A stretch of 64,000 bases of DNA, taken from Candidatus Bathyarchaeota archaeon (GTDB taxonomy: Archaea; Thermoproteota; Bathyarchaeia; Bathyarchaeales; Bathycorpusculaceae). Below are positions 39,871-50,150 of the stretch, piece after piece. The notes beneath the pieces are model-generated. The model had not been told where the DNA came from. It saw only the letters and a program-made list of their open reading frames with translations, and searched no databases. The number at the start of each line of letters is the position of its first letter. Position 1 is the first letter of the stretch. Location of the stretch: assembly GCA_963717465.1 (NCBI GenBank), contig OY970340.1, forward strand, positions 2,848,001 through 2,912,000, written 5' to 3'. The position numbers and the translations under genes are program-made.

Positions 39871-41094
39871 TTAATCAACTCCTGTGGAACCAACTATTCC
39901 CCTTATTCTATTTACTGCCGTTGGTAAAACATCTAATACGTAAGCTATATCTTCTTCTGTATGATACCGCGTGGTTTTCATCAATATGCTTCCATGAGCT
40001 TCACTATACTTTCGGCCAATAGCTACTAGAACATGGCTGGGTTGAAGCAGCCTTCTGCTGCAAGCGCTGCCGCTGGAAATGTAAACGCCTTTAAGGCTTA
40101 ACTCAATGGTCAAGGCTTCGCCTTCACAACGCATTACGCTGATGTTCGCGTTATCCGGTGAACGCTTATTTCCTTTTGGACCGTTAAACCGTAAATCAGT
40201 AAGTTCTGCGAAAATTCCATCTACGAGTTTGTCTCTTAATTTGCTCATGTAACTTGTGTTTGCTTCAAAATTTTGGAAGGCAAGTTCTGAGGCTTTAGCG
40301 AAGCCAACAATTAACGGTGTATTTTCAACTCCTGGCCACAGTTTCTGTGTTCCTATTTGCCCTTCAAGTATGCGGTCCATGTTTACGCCTTCGCGAAGAT
40401 ACATCGCACCCATGCCTCGTGGACCCTGAATTTTATAGCTGCTTACCGTTGCTAAATCAACATTTAGCTTTTGAACGTTAAAAGGAACTCGTCCGTAAGC
40501 GTCTGTTGCGTCAGTGTGAAATAGAGCTTCTGGATTTTTGTCTTTAACGATTTCCACTGCTTCTTTTATCGGCTGTATAGTTCCCAGTTCATTACTTACA
40601 GTTGAAATACTAACTAAAACCGTATCCTTGTCAACGGCTTCTTTTAGTGCCTCAAGTTTTATGAAGCCCTCGTTATCAACAGGAATTTTAGTCGTAGTAA
40701 AACCGAATCTCTGCATTAAGTCAGTAACATGCAGAACGTTGACTGGTTCAATTTCTGAAATAACAATTTTCTTCCCCTTGTTTTTCTGAGCAAACGCTGA
40801 ACCCATAATGGCCAAATTATTCGCTTCTGTTTCTCCAGGTGTGAAGGTGATTTCTTCGAGAACTTTTGCTCCCATGTACCCAGAGATTTTTTGGAACGCA
40901 TTCATTATTACTTCGAAGGCTTCCCAGCCGGGTTTATGGGTGAGCGTTGGGTTGCCGTATGCCTTCTGGTTAAAGTAGGGCAGCATAGCATCAACTACTT
41001 CTTGTGGGACTATGCTTGAGTTTTCGTTGTCTAAGTAGACTTCGTGAGGTATTCCTTCATGAAGTCTTAGCAATTCCTTAATATTTTCAACCAT
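39871..41094 (-). CDS. iscS: Cysteine desulfurase, IscS/NifS (type I)-like
   Basis: YLDN, GNP, GETEANN, HTDA, SSYKIQGP (PLP Lys), SSGSACS and PSHVL. Confidence 0.85.
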   Translation of the reverse strand: MVENIKELLRLHEGIPHEVYLDNENSSIVPQEVVDAMLPYFNQKAYGNPTLTHKPGWEAFEVIMNAFQKISGYMGAKVLEEITFTPGETEANNLAIMGSAFAQKNKGKKIVISEIEPVNVLHVTDLMQRFGFTTTKIPVDNEGFIKLEALKEAVDKDTVLVSISTVSNELGTIQPIKEAVEIVKDKNPEALFHTDATDAYGRVPFNVQKLNVDLATVSSYKIQGPRGMGAMYLREGVNMDRILEGQIGTQKLWPGVENTPLIVGFAKASELAFQNFEANTSYMSKLRDKLVDGIFAELTDLRFNGPKGNKRSPDNANISVMRCEGEALTIELSLKGVYISSGSACSRRLLQPSHVLVAIGRKYSEAHGSILMKTTRYHTEEDIAYVLDVLPTAVNRIRGIVGSTGVD

Positions 41095-41256
41095 ATAACA
41101 TCCTAACCTTATTAGTTGAATCGATAACTTGCTTTCACCTTTACTAGGCAAGTTCAAATAGAAAAACGTAGCTGAAAAAACAATCTCGATGGCTAACACT
41201 ATTAATCAGGACTATTCTTATTTTGCTATTAAATATCAAGAAATAGTGAGAATAAA

Positions 41257-43491
41257 TTGAAAATCTCCGAGTTACCTGTACCCGAACAAGTAAAAGAAAA
41301 ACTTCAAAGCGAAGGCATATCCGAATTGTTCCCTCCGCAAGAAGATACCATACGGGCAGGTGTACTTGAGGGAAGAAACATTGTTTTGGCAAGCCCGACC
41401 GCATCTGGAAAAACTTTGATTGCTGAACTCTGCGGGTTAAAGCATGTACTTGAAAATAACGGAAAAGTGATTTATCTGTCACCTTTGCGGGCGTTGGCAA
41501 GTGAAAAGTTTGAGGAGTTCAGAAAGTACTCTTCTATTGTAAAACAGGATGGCAAAAAGGTTTCAGTTGGAATCAGCACTGGTGATTTTGATACAGCTGA
41601 CACTTGGCTTGAACGCTACGACATAATCGTTACTACGAACGAAAAAGCTGATTCGCTACTGCGGCATAGAGCCAAATGGATGGATGAAATTTCTCTTGTA
41701 ATAGCTGATGAAGTTCATCTGTTAAACGAAGCTGAGCGCGGTCCAACTCTTGAAGTCGTGTTGGCAAGGCTCTTGCAGGTGAATCCCCACATTCAAATTC
41801 TAGCATTGTCAGCCACGATTAACAATGTTGATGAAATAGCAGGTTGGTTAAACGCTAAATTCATAGTTACCGAGTGGCGACCGATTAATCTAAAAGAAGG
41901 AGTAATTCTTCAAGACGAAATCCAATACAAAGATGGCGATTCCCGAAGAATAGACCGAAAAACAAGGCATACGACTGTAAACTTGGTCTTAAACACCATT
42001 AAGAACGGTGGGCAAGCTCTGGTTTTTGCTTCAACAAGAAAAAATTCGGTTTCTGCTTCTAAGACAATTGCAGATCAAATTGATGAGGTACTGAGTAAAC
42101 CGATTAAGCGGTCACTGGAGCATGAAGCCCAAAAGATCTTAGCGGCTGGAGAAAAAACCCAACTGAGTGATGTCCTTGCTGATTTGATACGTCGCGGTAC
42201 TGCTTTTCATCATGCTGGCTTGTCAGGAGTGCACCGCAAGATAGTTGAGGATTCATTTAAAGCTGGAAAAATCAAAGTGCTAACTGCCACGCCTACTTTA
42301 GCTTTTGGGGTTAATCTTCCAGCGAGAATGGTTATTATTCAGGATTACAGGCGTTTTGAGCCAGGTTATGGAAATTATCCTATTAGCGTGTTAGAGTACA
42401 AACAGATGGCGGGCAGAGCGGGAAGACCAAAATACGACAAGTTTGGAGAATCAATACTAATAGCAAAAACATCTGATGAAGCCGATTACTTGATGGAAGG
42501 CTACATTTTAGCGAAACCTGAACGAATTTGGTCCAGGCTGGCGGTAGAAAAAATAATTAGAGGTCACGTATTGGCAACAGTTGCTTCGGATTATGCTCAC
42601 TCAGAAAATGGGATTTACGATTTCTTTGGAAAAACATTCTACGCTTACCAATACGATGTCAAAGCTATAAAAAGCATCATTGCCAAAATCCTCAGATACC
42701 TGTACGATGAGCAAATGATTGATTTAGTCGGAGATGATATTTACGCAACAAAGTTTGGCAAACGCGTTAGCGAATTGTACATTGACCCATTATCAGCTGT
42801 TGCAATTCGAGATGCACTTCAGAATAAGCCGAGCAACTTGACTGACCTTAGTTTACTTCATTTAATTTCGCACACTCCGGATATGGGTCCAATCATTCGA
42901 CCATACGCTCATGAGATTGACGGATTAGCCGTTCAATTGGAGGAGCATCGGCAAGAATTGCTTACAGATGTTCCAAACGAGTGGGATGACCATTTCGCGT
43001 ACGAAGAGTTTCTGGGAGAATTCAAAACTGCAATCGTGATGAAACATTGGATTGAAGAAACCAGCGAAGAAAAATTGATTGAACGGTTCAGCGTTCAGCC
43101 TGGAGATTTGTATAGGACTATTGAGAATGCAAAGTGGCTGCTTCACGCAACGCATGAGTTATCGCCGCTTGTTGGGGGAGAAAAAGAAGTTTCTCATTTG
43201 GCATATGAACTGGTTGAAAGAGTTTCTAAGGGCATAAAGAAGGAACTTTTGCCCATTGTACGATTAGAAGGTGTGGGCAGAGTGCGTGGACGCATAATGT
43301 TCAATGCGGGCTACAAAACAATCGAGGATATAAAACATGCATCAATCGAAGACTTAACCAATTTGCCTCTTGTTGGTCCACGATTGGCTAAAAAAATTAA
43401 GGAGCAAGTCGGCGGCTTCGTAAAAAAAGACGCCTGGGAAAACCTTGATAAAACGGATGAGTGGAAACAAAAATCATTATCAGAATTTTAA
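41257..43491 (+). CDS. hel308: Ski2-like ATP-dependent DNA helicase Hel308
   Basis: PTASGKT, DEVH, ALSAT, FHHAGL and QMAGRAGRP motifs; C-terminal HhH with GRVRGR. Confidence 0.95.
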   Translation: MKISELPVPEQVKEKLQSEGISELFPPQEDTIRAGVLEGRNIVLASPTASGKTLIAELCGLKHVLENNGKVIYLSPLRALASEKFEEFRKYSSIVKQDGKKVSVGISTGDFDTADTWLERYDIIVTTNEKADSLLRHRAKWMDEISLVIADEVHLLNEAERGPTLEVVLARLLQVNPHIQILALSATINNVDEIAGWLNAKFIVTEWRPINLKEGVILQDEIQYKDGDSRRIDRKTRHTTVNLVLNTIKNGGQALVFASTRKNSVSASKTIADQIDEVLSKPIKRSLEHEAQKILAAGEKTQLSDVLADLIRRGTAFHHAGLSGVHRKIVEDSFKAGKIKVLTATPTLAFGVNLPARMVIIQDYRRFEPGYGNYPISVLEYKQMAGRAGRPKYDKFGESILIAKTSDEADYLMEGYILAKPERIWSRLAVEKIIRGHVLATVASDYAHSENGIYDFFGKTFYAYQYDVKAIKSIIAKILRYLYDEQMIDLVGDDIYATKFGKRVSELYIDPLSAVAIRDALQNKPSNLTDLSLLHLISHTPDMGPIIRPYAHEIDGLAVQLEEHRQELLTDVPNEWDDHFAYEEFLGEFKTAIVMKHWIEETSEEKLIERFSVQPGDLYRTIENAKWLLHATHELSPLVGGEKEVSHLAYELVERVSKGIKKELLPIVRLEGVGRVRGRIMFNAGYKTIEDIKHASIEDLTNLPLVGPRLAKKIKEQVGGFVKKDAWENLDKTDEWKQKSLSEF

Positions 43492-43557
43492 TCTCCAGCT
43501 AATAAGAAAATCAGCAACTCTCTTGAAAATGTAACTTAATTAAAACTGTTATTGGGA

Positions 43558-43621
43558 GTGAGTGCACCCAAAAATTGTGCGGAAGAGAGAGGGGGTAAAG
43601 GGAGCATTGGGTGCACTTCAC
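43558..43621. other. Strong stem-loop between convergent genes (terminator or sRNA element)
   Basis: AGTGCACCCAA (43561-43571) is the exact reverse complement of TTGGGTGCACT (43607-43617); the 35-nt loop is strongly purine/pyrimidine skewed. Confidence 0.6.
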
Positions 43622-43625
43622 ACGA

Positions 43626-43886
43626 TTATGGGTTTCCTCTATTTTGTCGAATTATGGTGCCGTAGTTTTGTCTTGCTTGAATGTACTGTTTTATCGATTT
43701 TCTATTTCTACGCAGGTCTTGTTTTTGTGTCTTTTTGCTAGTTATGAAGACTGAACCGCCGTTTTTTAGATGCTCCTTGATTTTGCAGAAATTAACCTGC
43801 TTTGCTTCTTGGACTTTAACGCCATCGTTTGCGTTATTATCCAGCAATAATACTTGAAAAACTGCATCTCTTTTGCTGCTTGCCAA
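43626..43886 (-). CDS. Small hypothetical protein
   Basis: 86-aa ORF with AGGTCGG RBS-like site and a TATATTTA box upstream. Confidence 0.6.
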   Translation of the reverse strand: MASSKRDAVFQVLLLDNNANDGVKVQEAKQVNFCKIKEHLKNGGSVFITSKKTQKQDLRRNRKSIKQYIQARQNYGTIIRQNRGNP

Positions 43887-44048
43887 TTTTCCGACCTATT
43901 ATTGATTAAAATTCTTAATTCATAAATATATGTGACTGGTTAAGGACTACAACAAAATTTTATAATTAGAGAATGAAATTCAAAAATTTTGCTGTCCATT
44001 AAAAAGTTGAAAATTAGCCTTTCCAATCAAAAATTATGGCTTGAAACA

Positions 44049-44861
44049 TTATGGATCGTTAAGTTTTAGTTTCTCACGAATCACTTGACTTTTCTTTGTA
44101 GCTTCTTCGATAGCCCTCATTATTGCTGGCCTGATTTGGCTGTTTTCGATTTGATAGATAGCTTCAATCGTTGTTCCACCTGGAGTTGTTGTCATGTCTT
44201 TTATTTTAGAAGGCTCTTCCTTAAGGTCAATTATAAGTTTGCCTGTTCCCAGAACAGTTTGAGCTGCACTGGTTAACGCTATATTTCGGGGCAAACCAAC
44301 TTTTAATCCAGCGTACATTAAAGCTTCAATTATAATTGAAAGGTACCCTGGTCCACTGCCGCTTAAAGCTGTTATTGCATCCATGTATTTCTCGTCAATC
44401 TCTTGGCTTTCGCCCATCATATCCAGCAGAGTTTTGATTTTCTTTTTGCCTTTTTGGCTTACGTTCTCTTCACAAACATAAGCTGTGTAAGATGCTTGAA
44501 CCAGAGCGCCAAGGTTAGGCATGATACGGATTATCAGGGCTTCGGGCGCATTCTTTTTCAGAAACTTTAAAGGCACAGTAGCAGCAACGGAAACCAACAG
44601 TTTATCCTTGATTTCCCCGCGGATTTCCTTGAGAACTTTTTCGACATCACTCGGCTTAACAGAAATAAATACTATGTCAGCAGTCTCAGCGCTTTTCTTG
44701 TTGTCTGTGGATATTTCAACGCCGAGGTCTTCAAATTCTTTAAGCCTCTCTTGCTGAACATCAACGGCTACTATTTTGCCCTGGTACTTGCCTTTGATTA
44801 GGCTTTTTATTATGGCGCCGCCCATCATTCCTGCGCCGATTACTGTGATTTTATCGTTCAT
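44049..44861 (-). CDS. proC: Pyrroline-5-carboxylate reductase
   Basis: IGAGMMG, RIMPN, ALSGSGPGY and TPGGTT motifs. Confidence 0.95.
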   Translation of the reverse strand: MNDKITVIGAGMMGGAIIKSLIKGKYQGKIVAVDVQQERLKEFEDLGVEISTDNKKSAETADIVFISVKPSDVEKVLKEIRGEIKDKLLVSVAATVPLKFLKKNAPEALIIRIMPNLGALVQASYTAYVCEENVSQKGKKKIKTLLDMMGESQEIDEKYMDAITALSGSGPGYLSIIIEALMYAGLKVGLPRNIALTSAAQTVLGTGKLIIDLKEEPSKIKDMTTTPGGTTIEAIYQIENSQIRPAIMRAIEEATKKSQVIREKLKLNDP

Positions 44862-44926
44862 GTTGTTTCACTTTATTGATTTAAGGACTGATGACTTTGC
44901 ATTTTAAACTTTTGTTATACTCTAAA

Positions 44927-46171
44927 TCAAGACAGGTTAGACTTTTTGTTTGGTTGGTCTTTCAATGCTTCTTTGAGAAGTTTACTTATCGTTTGTGCCG
45001 GAGCGTCGGTTTTTATGCCTCTTGAGTTAAAATGTGTTTGGACAGCTTTGAACCCGTGACCTCTAAGCACTTCGAGAACTCGATCTATGGACGGCGTAGG
45101 TAAACCCTGTTTCCCACTTAATTTGTCGACGACAAAATAAGTAATGGGTGCGTCTGCTTCATTCTTGGCTGCTGTAAGCAGTTTTTCGATTTTACTGCTG
45201 CCTTTAAACGCTATTCTCGAGTTCTCAATAAGCATCGATTCGCAAAACGTTGCATCGAAAATTTTTCCTATCCACAAGGGCCCAGCATAATCCATTTTTG
45301 CTCCACATTCAGGACACTGCTCAATGCGCTTGTCGAAAGGGTTTCGTGATGTTTCTCTGTGCATACAGTTGAAGCAGTGAAGAATAAAGCCCAAGTTTTT
45401 TAGGCTTTCATCAGCTTTTTTTGCCCCATACGATATTTGGGAGTAAGCTCGAATGTAATGGTCACTGCTATGACAAAAAACGGGGTTTATGCCGATATCA
45501 TGTTTTGCCGCTAATACAGCCGTGCATCCAAATAGTAAGCGGACTGCAAGCTCGTGACAGTACTCAGATCTTAACGGTTTACCGCCGTACTTTCTAATGC
45601 AGGCTTTAGCGTGTACACCGCAGAGCGGAGCAAGATCAGTGGCTGTTGATGCTAACAAGCCATGGTTGCGGAGCGCCATCACCGCTGAAGACAAGTATGG
45701 CACGGGTGTGCCAAATGGATCTAAATCCACGATGTCGAACCTTTTTTTGGGCGAAGCATAACAACTTAGGAGGCAATTTGCTTCTTTATGCTTCACTGCC
45801 ACTAGTTTTTCAAGATGATTTAGTTGCACGTTGTATTGGGCAAGTTTGTATGCTTGTTCATTAATGTCTCCGATTAGAATTTTTTTTACGTCTTTGATTT
45901 CAACTGCATACCGTACGCCGCTTATTCCTTGGCTGGTTAATGGCTCGCAAATTGAAATTTCTCTGTTGATCATTCGTTGGTAAGCTTGAAATGCTAAGAC
46001 TGATAGGTCACGGTTGAACTCCATGACTGGATTGTAGAACACGGGTGCCCTAGAAGGCGCATAATCTGAAGGTGTGACACCATAAGCTTCAAGTTTGGGG
46101 ACTACGACGCTTACTTTTCCTTCCTTGATCACTTCATTGGGAAAATCTGGCTTATAGTTTTCTTTATTCAT
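44927..46171 (-). CDS. trm1: tRNA (guanine-26 N2)-dimethyltransferase
   Basis: VFYNPVMEFNRDLS, DLDPFG, TATD, CxxC...CPEC and GPLW motifs. Confidence 0.95.
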   Translation of the reverse strand: MNKENYKPDFPNEVIKEGKVSVVVPKLEAYGVTPSDYAPSRAPVFYNPVMEFNRDLSVLAFQAYQRMINREISICEPLTSQGISGVRYAVEIKDVKKILIGDINEQAYKLAQYNVQLNHLEKLVAVKHKEANCLLSCYASPKKRFDIVDLDPFGTPVPYLSSAVMALRNHGLLASTATDLAPLCGVHAKACIRKYGGKPLRSEYCHELAVRLLFGCTAVLAAKHDIGINPVFCHSSDHYIRAYSQISYGAKKADESLKNLGFILHCFNCMHRETSRNPFDKRIEQCPECGAKMDYAGPLWIGKIFDATFCESMLIENSRIAFKGSSKIEKLLTAAKNEADAPITYFVVDKLSGKQGLPTPSIDRVLEVLRGHGFKAVQTHFNSRGIKTDAPAQTISKLLKEALKDQPNKKSNLS

Positions 46172-46243
46172 TATTGAGCCTTGTTTTGATATGGAAAATA
46201 TTCATAACGGATATTAGACTTCTGGTTCATCCAGGCGTTAGTC

Positions 46244-46784
46244 ATGTCAAAGCGAGTGTTACTTATAACAGGCAATCCCGGGATTGGAAAAACCACCCTA
46301 ATCATTAAAGTAGTCGATGCCCTCAAAAAAGAGCAGGTTAATGTTGGCGGCATGGTAAGCCGAGAAGTTCGAGAGGACAATGTTCGAGTTGGATTTGAAT
46401 TAACTGACTTGAACAGTCTAAAGCGTGGTTGGCTTGCCCACGTAAACGAGAAAAGCAAAGCGAAAGTTGGCAAATACTATGTCAACATTGAAGACTTAGA
46501 CAATATTGGAACGCAAGGCTATTGCTTATGCCACAGAAAATTGTGATGTAATAGCCATAGATGAGATTGGACCTATGGAGCTATTTTCCCAAAAGTTTAA
46601 GCAAGCAGTTAGACAGGCGTTGAATAGCGAAAAACTGGTTTTAGCGGTTGTTCACGGAAAAGCTCATGACACACTTATAGTTGAGGCAAAGAAACGAGAA
46701 GACACTGAAACATTCACGGTTACCATGAACAACAGGAATAGTTTACCTGAAGAACTAACCAAAAAAGCCTTAAAAACTCTTTAA
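46244..46784 (+). CDS. THEP1-family NTPase (frameshift near 46517)
   Basis: ITGNPGIGKTT, VGKY.V and IDEIGPME motifs. Confidence 0.9.
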
Positions 46785-47106
46785 CCAAGCCATCCAAAAT
46801 TATTCAATGAATCTCTTTGAAAGTTGAGTTGCATTTTGGACAATAGTAAACCGCAATGACAAAGAATTGATTTTCAAATTTCTTGCAGAGTTTAGCAACT
46901 TTATTCCCACAGTTAGGACAAGCGACCACGTTAGGCAACATTTACGGTCGTTAATGCGAAAAAACTATTAAAGACTTTGTTGTCTCATTGTGCCACAACA
47001 AAATTTAACCCAAAATGACAAAACAAGCCATCTTACGGTCTTAAGCGTAACAAAACTATTTATTAAGTCACTGCATTTTCAGTTAGTTTGTAACGGAGCT
47101 TAAGAA

Positions 47107-48393
47107 ATGAAGGCATTCATAATTCAATTTCCATTCGGAGTTGCGGCATTTGATGAAAAAAACGTTTTAGTGGAAAAGGTTCTATTTCCCAAAAAGCCTC
47201 AAGCCGCAGCTCGAAGCTTACTTAAAACTGAATCCGGAAAAATATCGGACGAGGTTTTTTCCCTGGTCACCCTGCTTAAGAATGTTGGATTCGACATTTT
47301 TACCTTTGAAAACCAAAACTTAGCTGCAGAGATTCAAAGAAAAACAAATGTTTCAGTTGAAGTCGCTAAACCTGCTGAAAGTGAAATTCTACGCGGAAAA
47401 ATGAGTCAAATTGCCATCGAAACCAATTTTGTTCAAGACCAGCAAGAACTCAATCTTTGGACTCGCAACGTTAGCATGGAACTTGCGAAACTTCGAATCA
47501 AAGGCGCATCGGAAAAAAGAGATTTAATCGTTGCTCAAGCCATTCAAACACTGGACGATTTAGATAGAACCGTTAACTTGTTCATGGGAAGACTTAGAGA
47601 ATGGTACGGAGTGTACTATCCAGAACTTGACCGTTTAGTGGAAAAGCATGAAACTTACAGTAGACTTGTCTTAAACCTTGGTTATAAAGAAAATTATACC
47701 CAAGAGAACTTGGAGAAGGAAAACATTCCTCAGGAAAGGGCTCAATTAATCGCTAAAGCCGCTGAAGTCTCTATGGGTGCAGACATTGCAGAGCAAGACC
47801 TGAGTCAGATTCAAGCATTGGGCAGAAACGTGCTTGAGATGTATGAGTTACGCAAAAACATGGAAAATTACTTGGACAAGACTATGGAGGAGTTAGCTCC
47901 GAACACTCGTGCAGTTGCAGGAGCACTTCTTGGTGCACGGTTAATCGCTATTGCTGGAAGCCTGCAGAACTTGGCTATGCGGCCTGCAAGTACAATTCAA
48001 GTTTTAGGAGCTGAAAAAGCTCTCTTTCGCTCGCTGAAAACAGGTGCAAGACCACCAAAACACGGCTTAATCTTCCAGCATACCCTACTTCATGATGCTA
48101 AACGTTGGCAAAGAGGAAAAATAGCTAGAGTAATCGCTGGAAAACTAGCCATAGCTGCAAGAGCAGACGCCTTCGGAGGAAACTTCATAGCTGACAAACT
48201 GAAAGAAGACATTGACAAACGCGTAGAAGAAATACGTGAAAAATACAAGGAACCTCCGCCACCGAAGGAAAAGAAACCTGAACGTGAAAGATTCGAAAAA
48301 CGAAGGGAAGAGTACAGACCACGCGAACGTGACCATGGCGGAAGAAGGCGTGATCGAAACCGGAGAAAAGACAATCGTGCACGTCAGAGTTAA
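47107..48393 (+). CDS. nop5: Box C/D sRNP protein Nop5 (Nop56/58)
   Basis: RLREWY..YYPEL, APN, PASTIQVLGAEKALFR and PKHGLIF motifs; R/E-rich tail. Confidence 0.96.
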   Translation: MKAFIIQFPFGVAAFDEKNVLVEKVLFPKKPQAAARSLLKTESGKISDEVFSLVTLLKNVGFDIFTFENQNLAAEIQRKTNVSVEVAKPAESEILRGKMSQIAIETNFVQDQQELNLWTRNVSMELAKLRIKGASEKRDLIVAQAIQTLDDLDRTVNLFMGRLREWYGVYYPELDRLVEKHETYSRLVLNLGYKENYTQENLEKENIPQERAQLIAKAAEVSMGADIAEQDLSQIQALGRNVLEMYELRKNMENYLDKTMEELAPNTRAVAGALLGARLIAIAGSLQNLAMRPASTIQVLGAEKALFRSLKTGARPPKHGLIFQHTLLHDAKRWQRGKIARVIAGKLAIAARADAFGGNFIADKLKEDIDKRVEEIREKYKEPPPPKEKKPERERFEKRREEYRPRERDHGGRRRDRNRRKDNRARQS

Positions 48394-49138
48394 GCCACAT
48401 CCAAAGTTTAAGGAAATTTACATAGTTACCCTTGAAGATGGCGCAACGCGTTTAGCGACTCGTAATCTTACACCTGGCTTAAATGTATACGGCGAACGCT
48501 TAATCAAGTTTGAAAAAAGCGAATACCGCCTTTGGGATGCTTTCAGAAGCAAACTGGCGGCATCAATACTTAGAGGCGTACAGAATGTCCCCATTGAACC
48601 AGAAGGAAAGATTCTATATTTAGGCGCAGCATCAGGAACCACAGCAAGCCATGTTTCAGACATTATCGGCGACAAAGGCTACGTTTACTGCGTGGAATTT
48701 GCTTCTCGATCAATCCGTGATTTAGTCAACAATGTTGCAGCGTACAGATCAAATATTTCCCCCTTGCTTGAAGATGCAAGATTGCCAGAAAAATACGCAA
48801 TGTTCATTTCTGGAAAAGTAGACACAATTTACTGCGATGTAGCTCAACCCGAACAAGCTAAACTGCTTGCAGACAACGCCGACGTATTCCTAAAAACTTC
48901 CGGCTGGGCAATGTTAGCTGTAAAATCTCAAAGCATAGACGTAACGATGGACCCAGCTGAAGTTTACCAGATGGAAGCTAAAGTCTTAAGGAACAGAGGT
49001 TTCAACGTTAAAGAAGTTGTACGACTAGAACCGTACGATAAAGCACATGCAATGATTGTTCTCAGCGCTAGCCCAAACGGCAGTAGCAAAAATACCTCAT
49101 TTATTTATTTGATCGGACATTGTTTTCAAATTAAGTAA
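48377..49138 (+). CDS. flpA: Fibrillarin rRNA/tRNA 2'-O-methyltransferase
   Basis: VYGE, RSKLAA, LYLGAASGTT.SH, DVAQP and LEPYDKAH; GTG start overlaps nop5; true stop probably ~49070 (indel). Confidence 0.95.
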   Translation: MHVRVKPHPKFKEIYIVTLEDGATRLATRNLTPGLNVYGERLIKFEKSEYRLWDAFRSKLAASILRGVQNVPIEPEGKILYLGAASGTTASHVSDIIGDKGYVYCVEFASRSIRDLVNNVAAYRSNISPLLEDARLPEKYAMFISGKVDTIYCDVAQPEQAKLLADNADVFLKTSGWAMLAVKSQSIDVTMDPAEVYQMEAKVLRNRGFNVKEVVRLEPYDKAHAMIVLSASPNGSSKNTSFIYLIGHCFQIK

Positions 49139-49140
49139 GT

Positions 49141-49572
49141 TTAACGTTTTTTAGCTTGTTCATCCAACGTTTTATTGACTAGTTTGTCGGCTTTTTGAAT
49201 TTGATTGTTGCTTCGAGGCACGTTAACAAAACTGATTTTTTTAAAACACTTTTTTAACTCTTGGACTTTATCAAATAGTTCTTTTAACTCCTGATTCTTA
49301 ACTTGGTATTCACCGTTTAATTGCTTGGCAACTAATTCACTGTCAAGGTGGCAGATTACTTCTTGTGCTTTAACCTTGCATGCATACTCTAATACCCATA
49401 TTAAGGCTTCATACTCAGCTTGATTGTTTGTGTGATTTCCAACAAAGCATGAATTTGAATCTAAGAGTACATGCCCTTGAGTTAATGCTACGTAAGCTAT
49501 AGCTGATGGCCCAGGGTTTCCTCTTGCGCCTCCATCTGAAAAAACTAGAAGCTTATCGATCAAATTGTTCAA
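49141..49572 (-). CDS. rnhA: Ribonuclease HI family protein
   Basis: SDGGARGNPG, TNNQAEY, LDSELV and N..AD give the D-E-D-D tetrad. Confidence 0.9.
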   Translation of the reverse strand: MNNLIDKLLVFSDGGARGNPGPSAIAYVALTQGHVLLDSNSCFVGNHTNNQAEYEALIWVLEYACKVKAQEVICHLDSELVAKQLNGEYQVKNQELKELFDKVQELKKCFKKISFVNVPRSNNQIQKADKLVNKTLDEQAKKR

Positions 49573-49782
49573 TCCTGAAGTTTTTGATATTCAAGCTGGC
49601 AAACCGCGAATTGCTTGTGGTTGTACATTTACAACAACAATTATTTAAGAACTTGGAAACCCAACTTCCCTTCGAAAGGGGAAAACTAATAGATTGAAGA
49701 GCAGTACGATTGAATCCTCGAAGTTTAACGCGCATAAGGCTCAATTCACCTTTCAAAAGCACGCGTTTCAAAAGCAGGGTAA

Positions 49783-50041
49783 ATGGAAAGGGAAAAAAAA
49801 TCCTAAAAGAGGACAGCTTGATATTATCGCTACGATTCTATATTTCTGCGAGGAACAAAAAACTAAAACTAGTATAATGTACAATGCGAACCTCAATTAC
49901 TCGCAATTAAAAAAACACATAGTCAAATTGACAAAGCAAGGCTTGCTTTTAAAGAATGGTGATAAATATGTTACTTCAGCAAAAGGACTTCGATTTCTTG
50001 AATTATTCAGCGAACTGAATGATATTCTTGAAAAAACCTAA
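49783..50041 (+). CDS. Winged-helix protein (ArnR1/HTH_45-like)
   Basis: RGQLDIIATIL...KTSIMYNANLNY...YVTSAKG; ATG 49783 joins the frame through a probable A-run indel. Confidence 0.8.
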
Positions 50042-50150
50042 TTCAAAAACTTTATAGCCTTAAGTAGTTTGCTCGCCTGCTCCATAAGTATTAAATAGTA
50101 AAGCATTCGTATTAACGAACGTTTTACGAGTTTTAGACGGAGAGAAAGAA

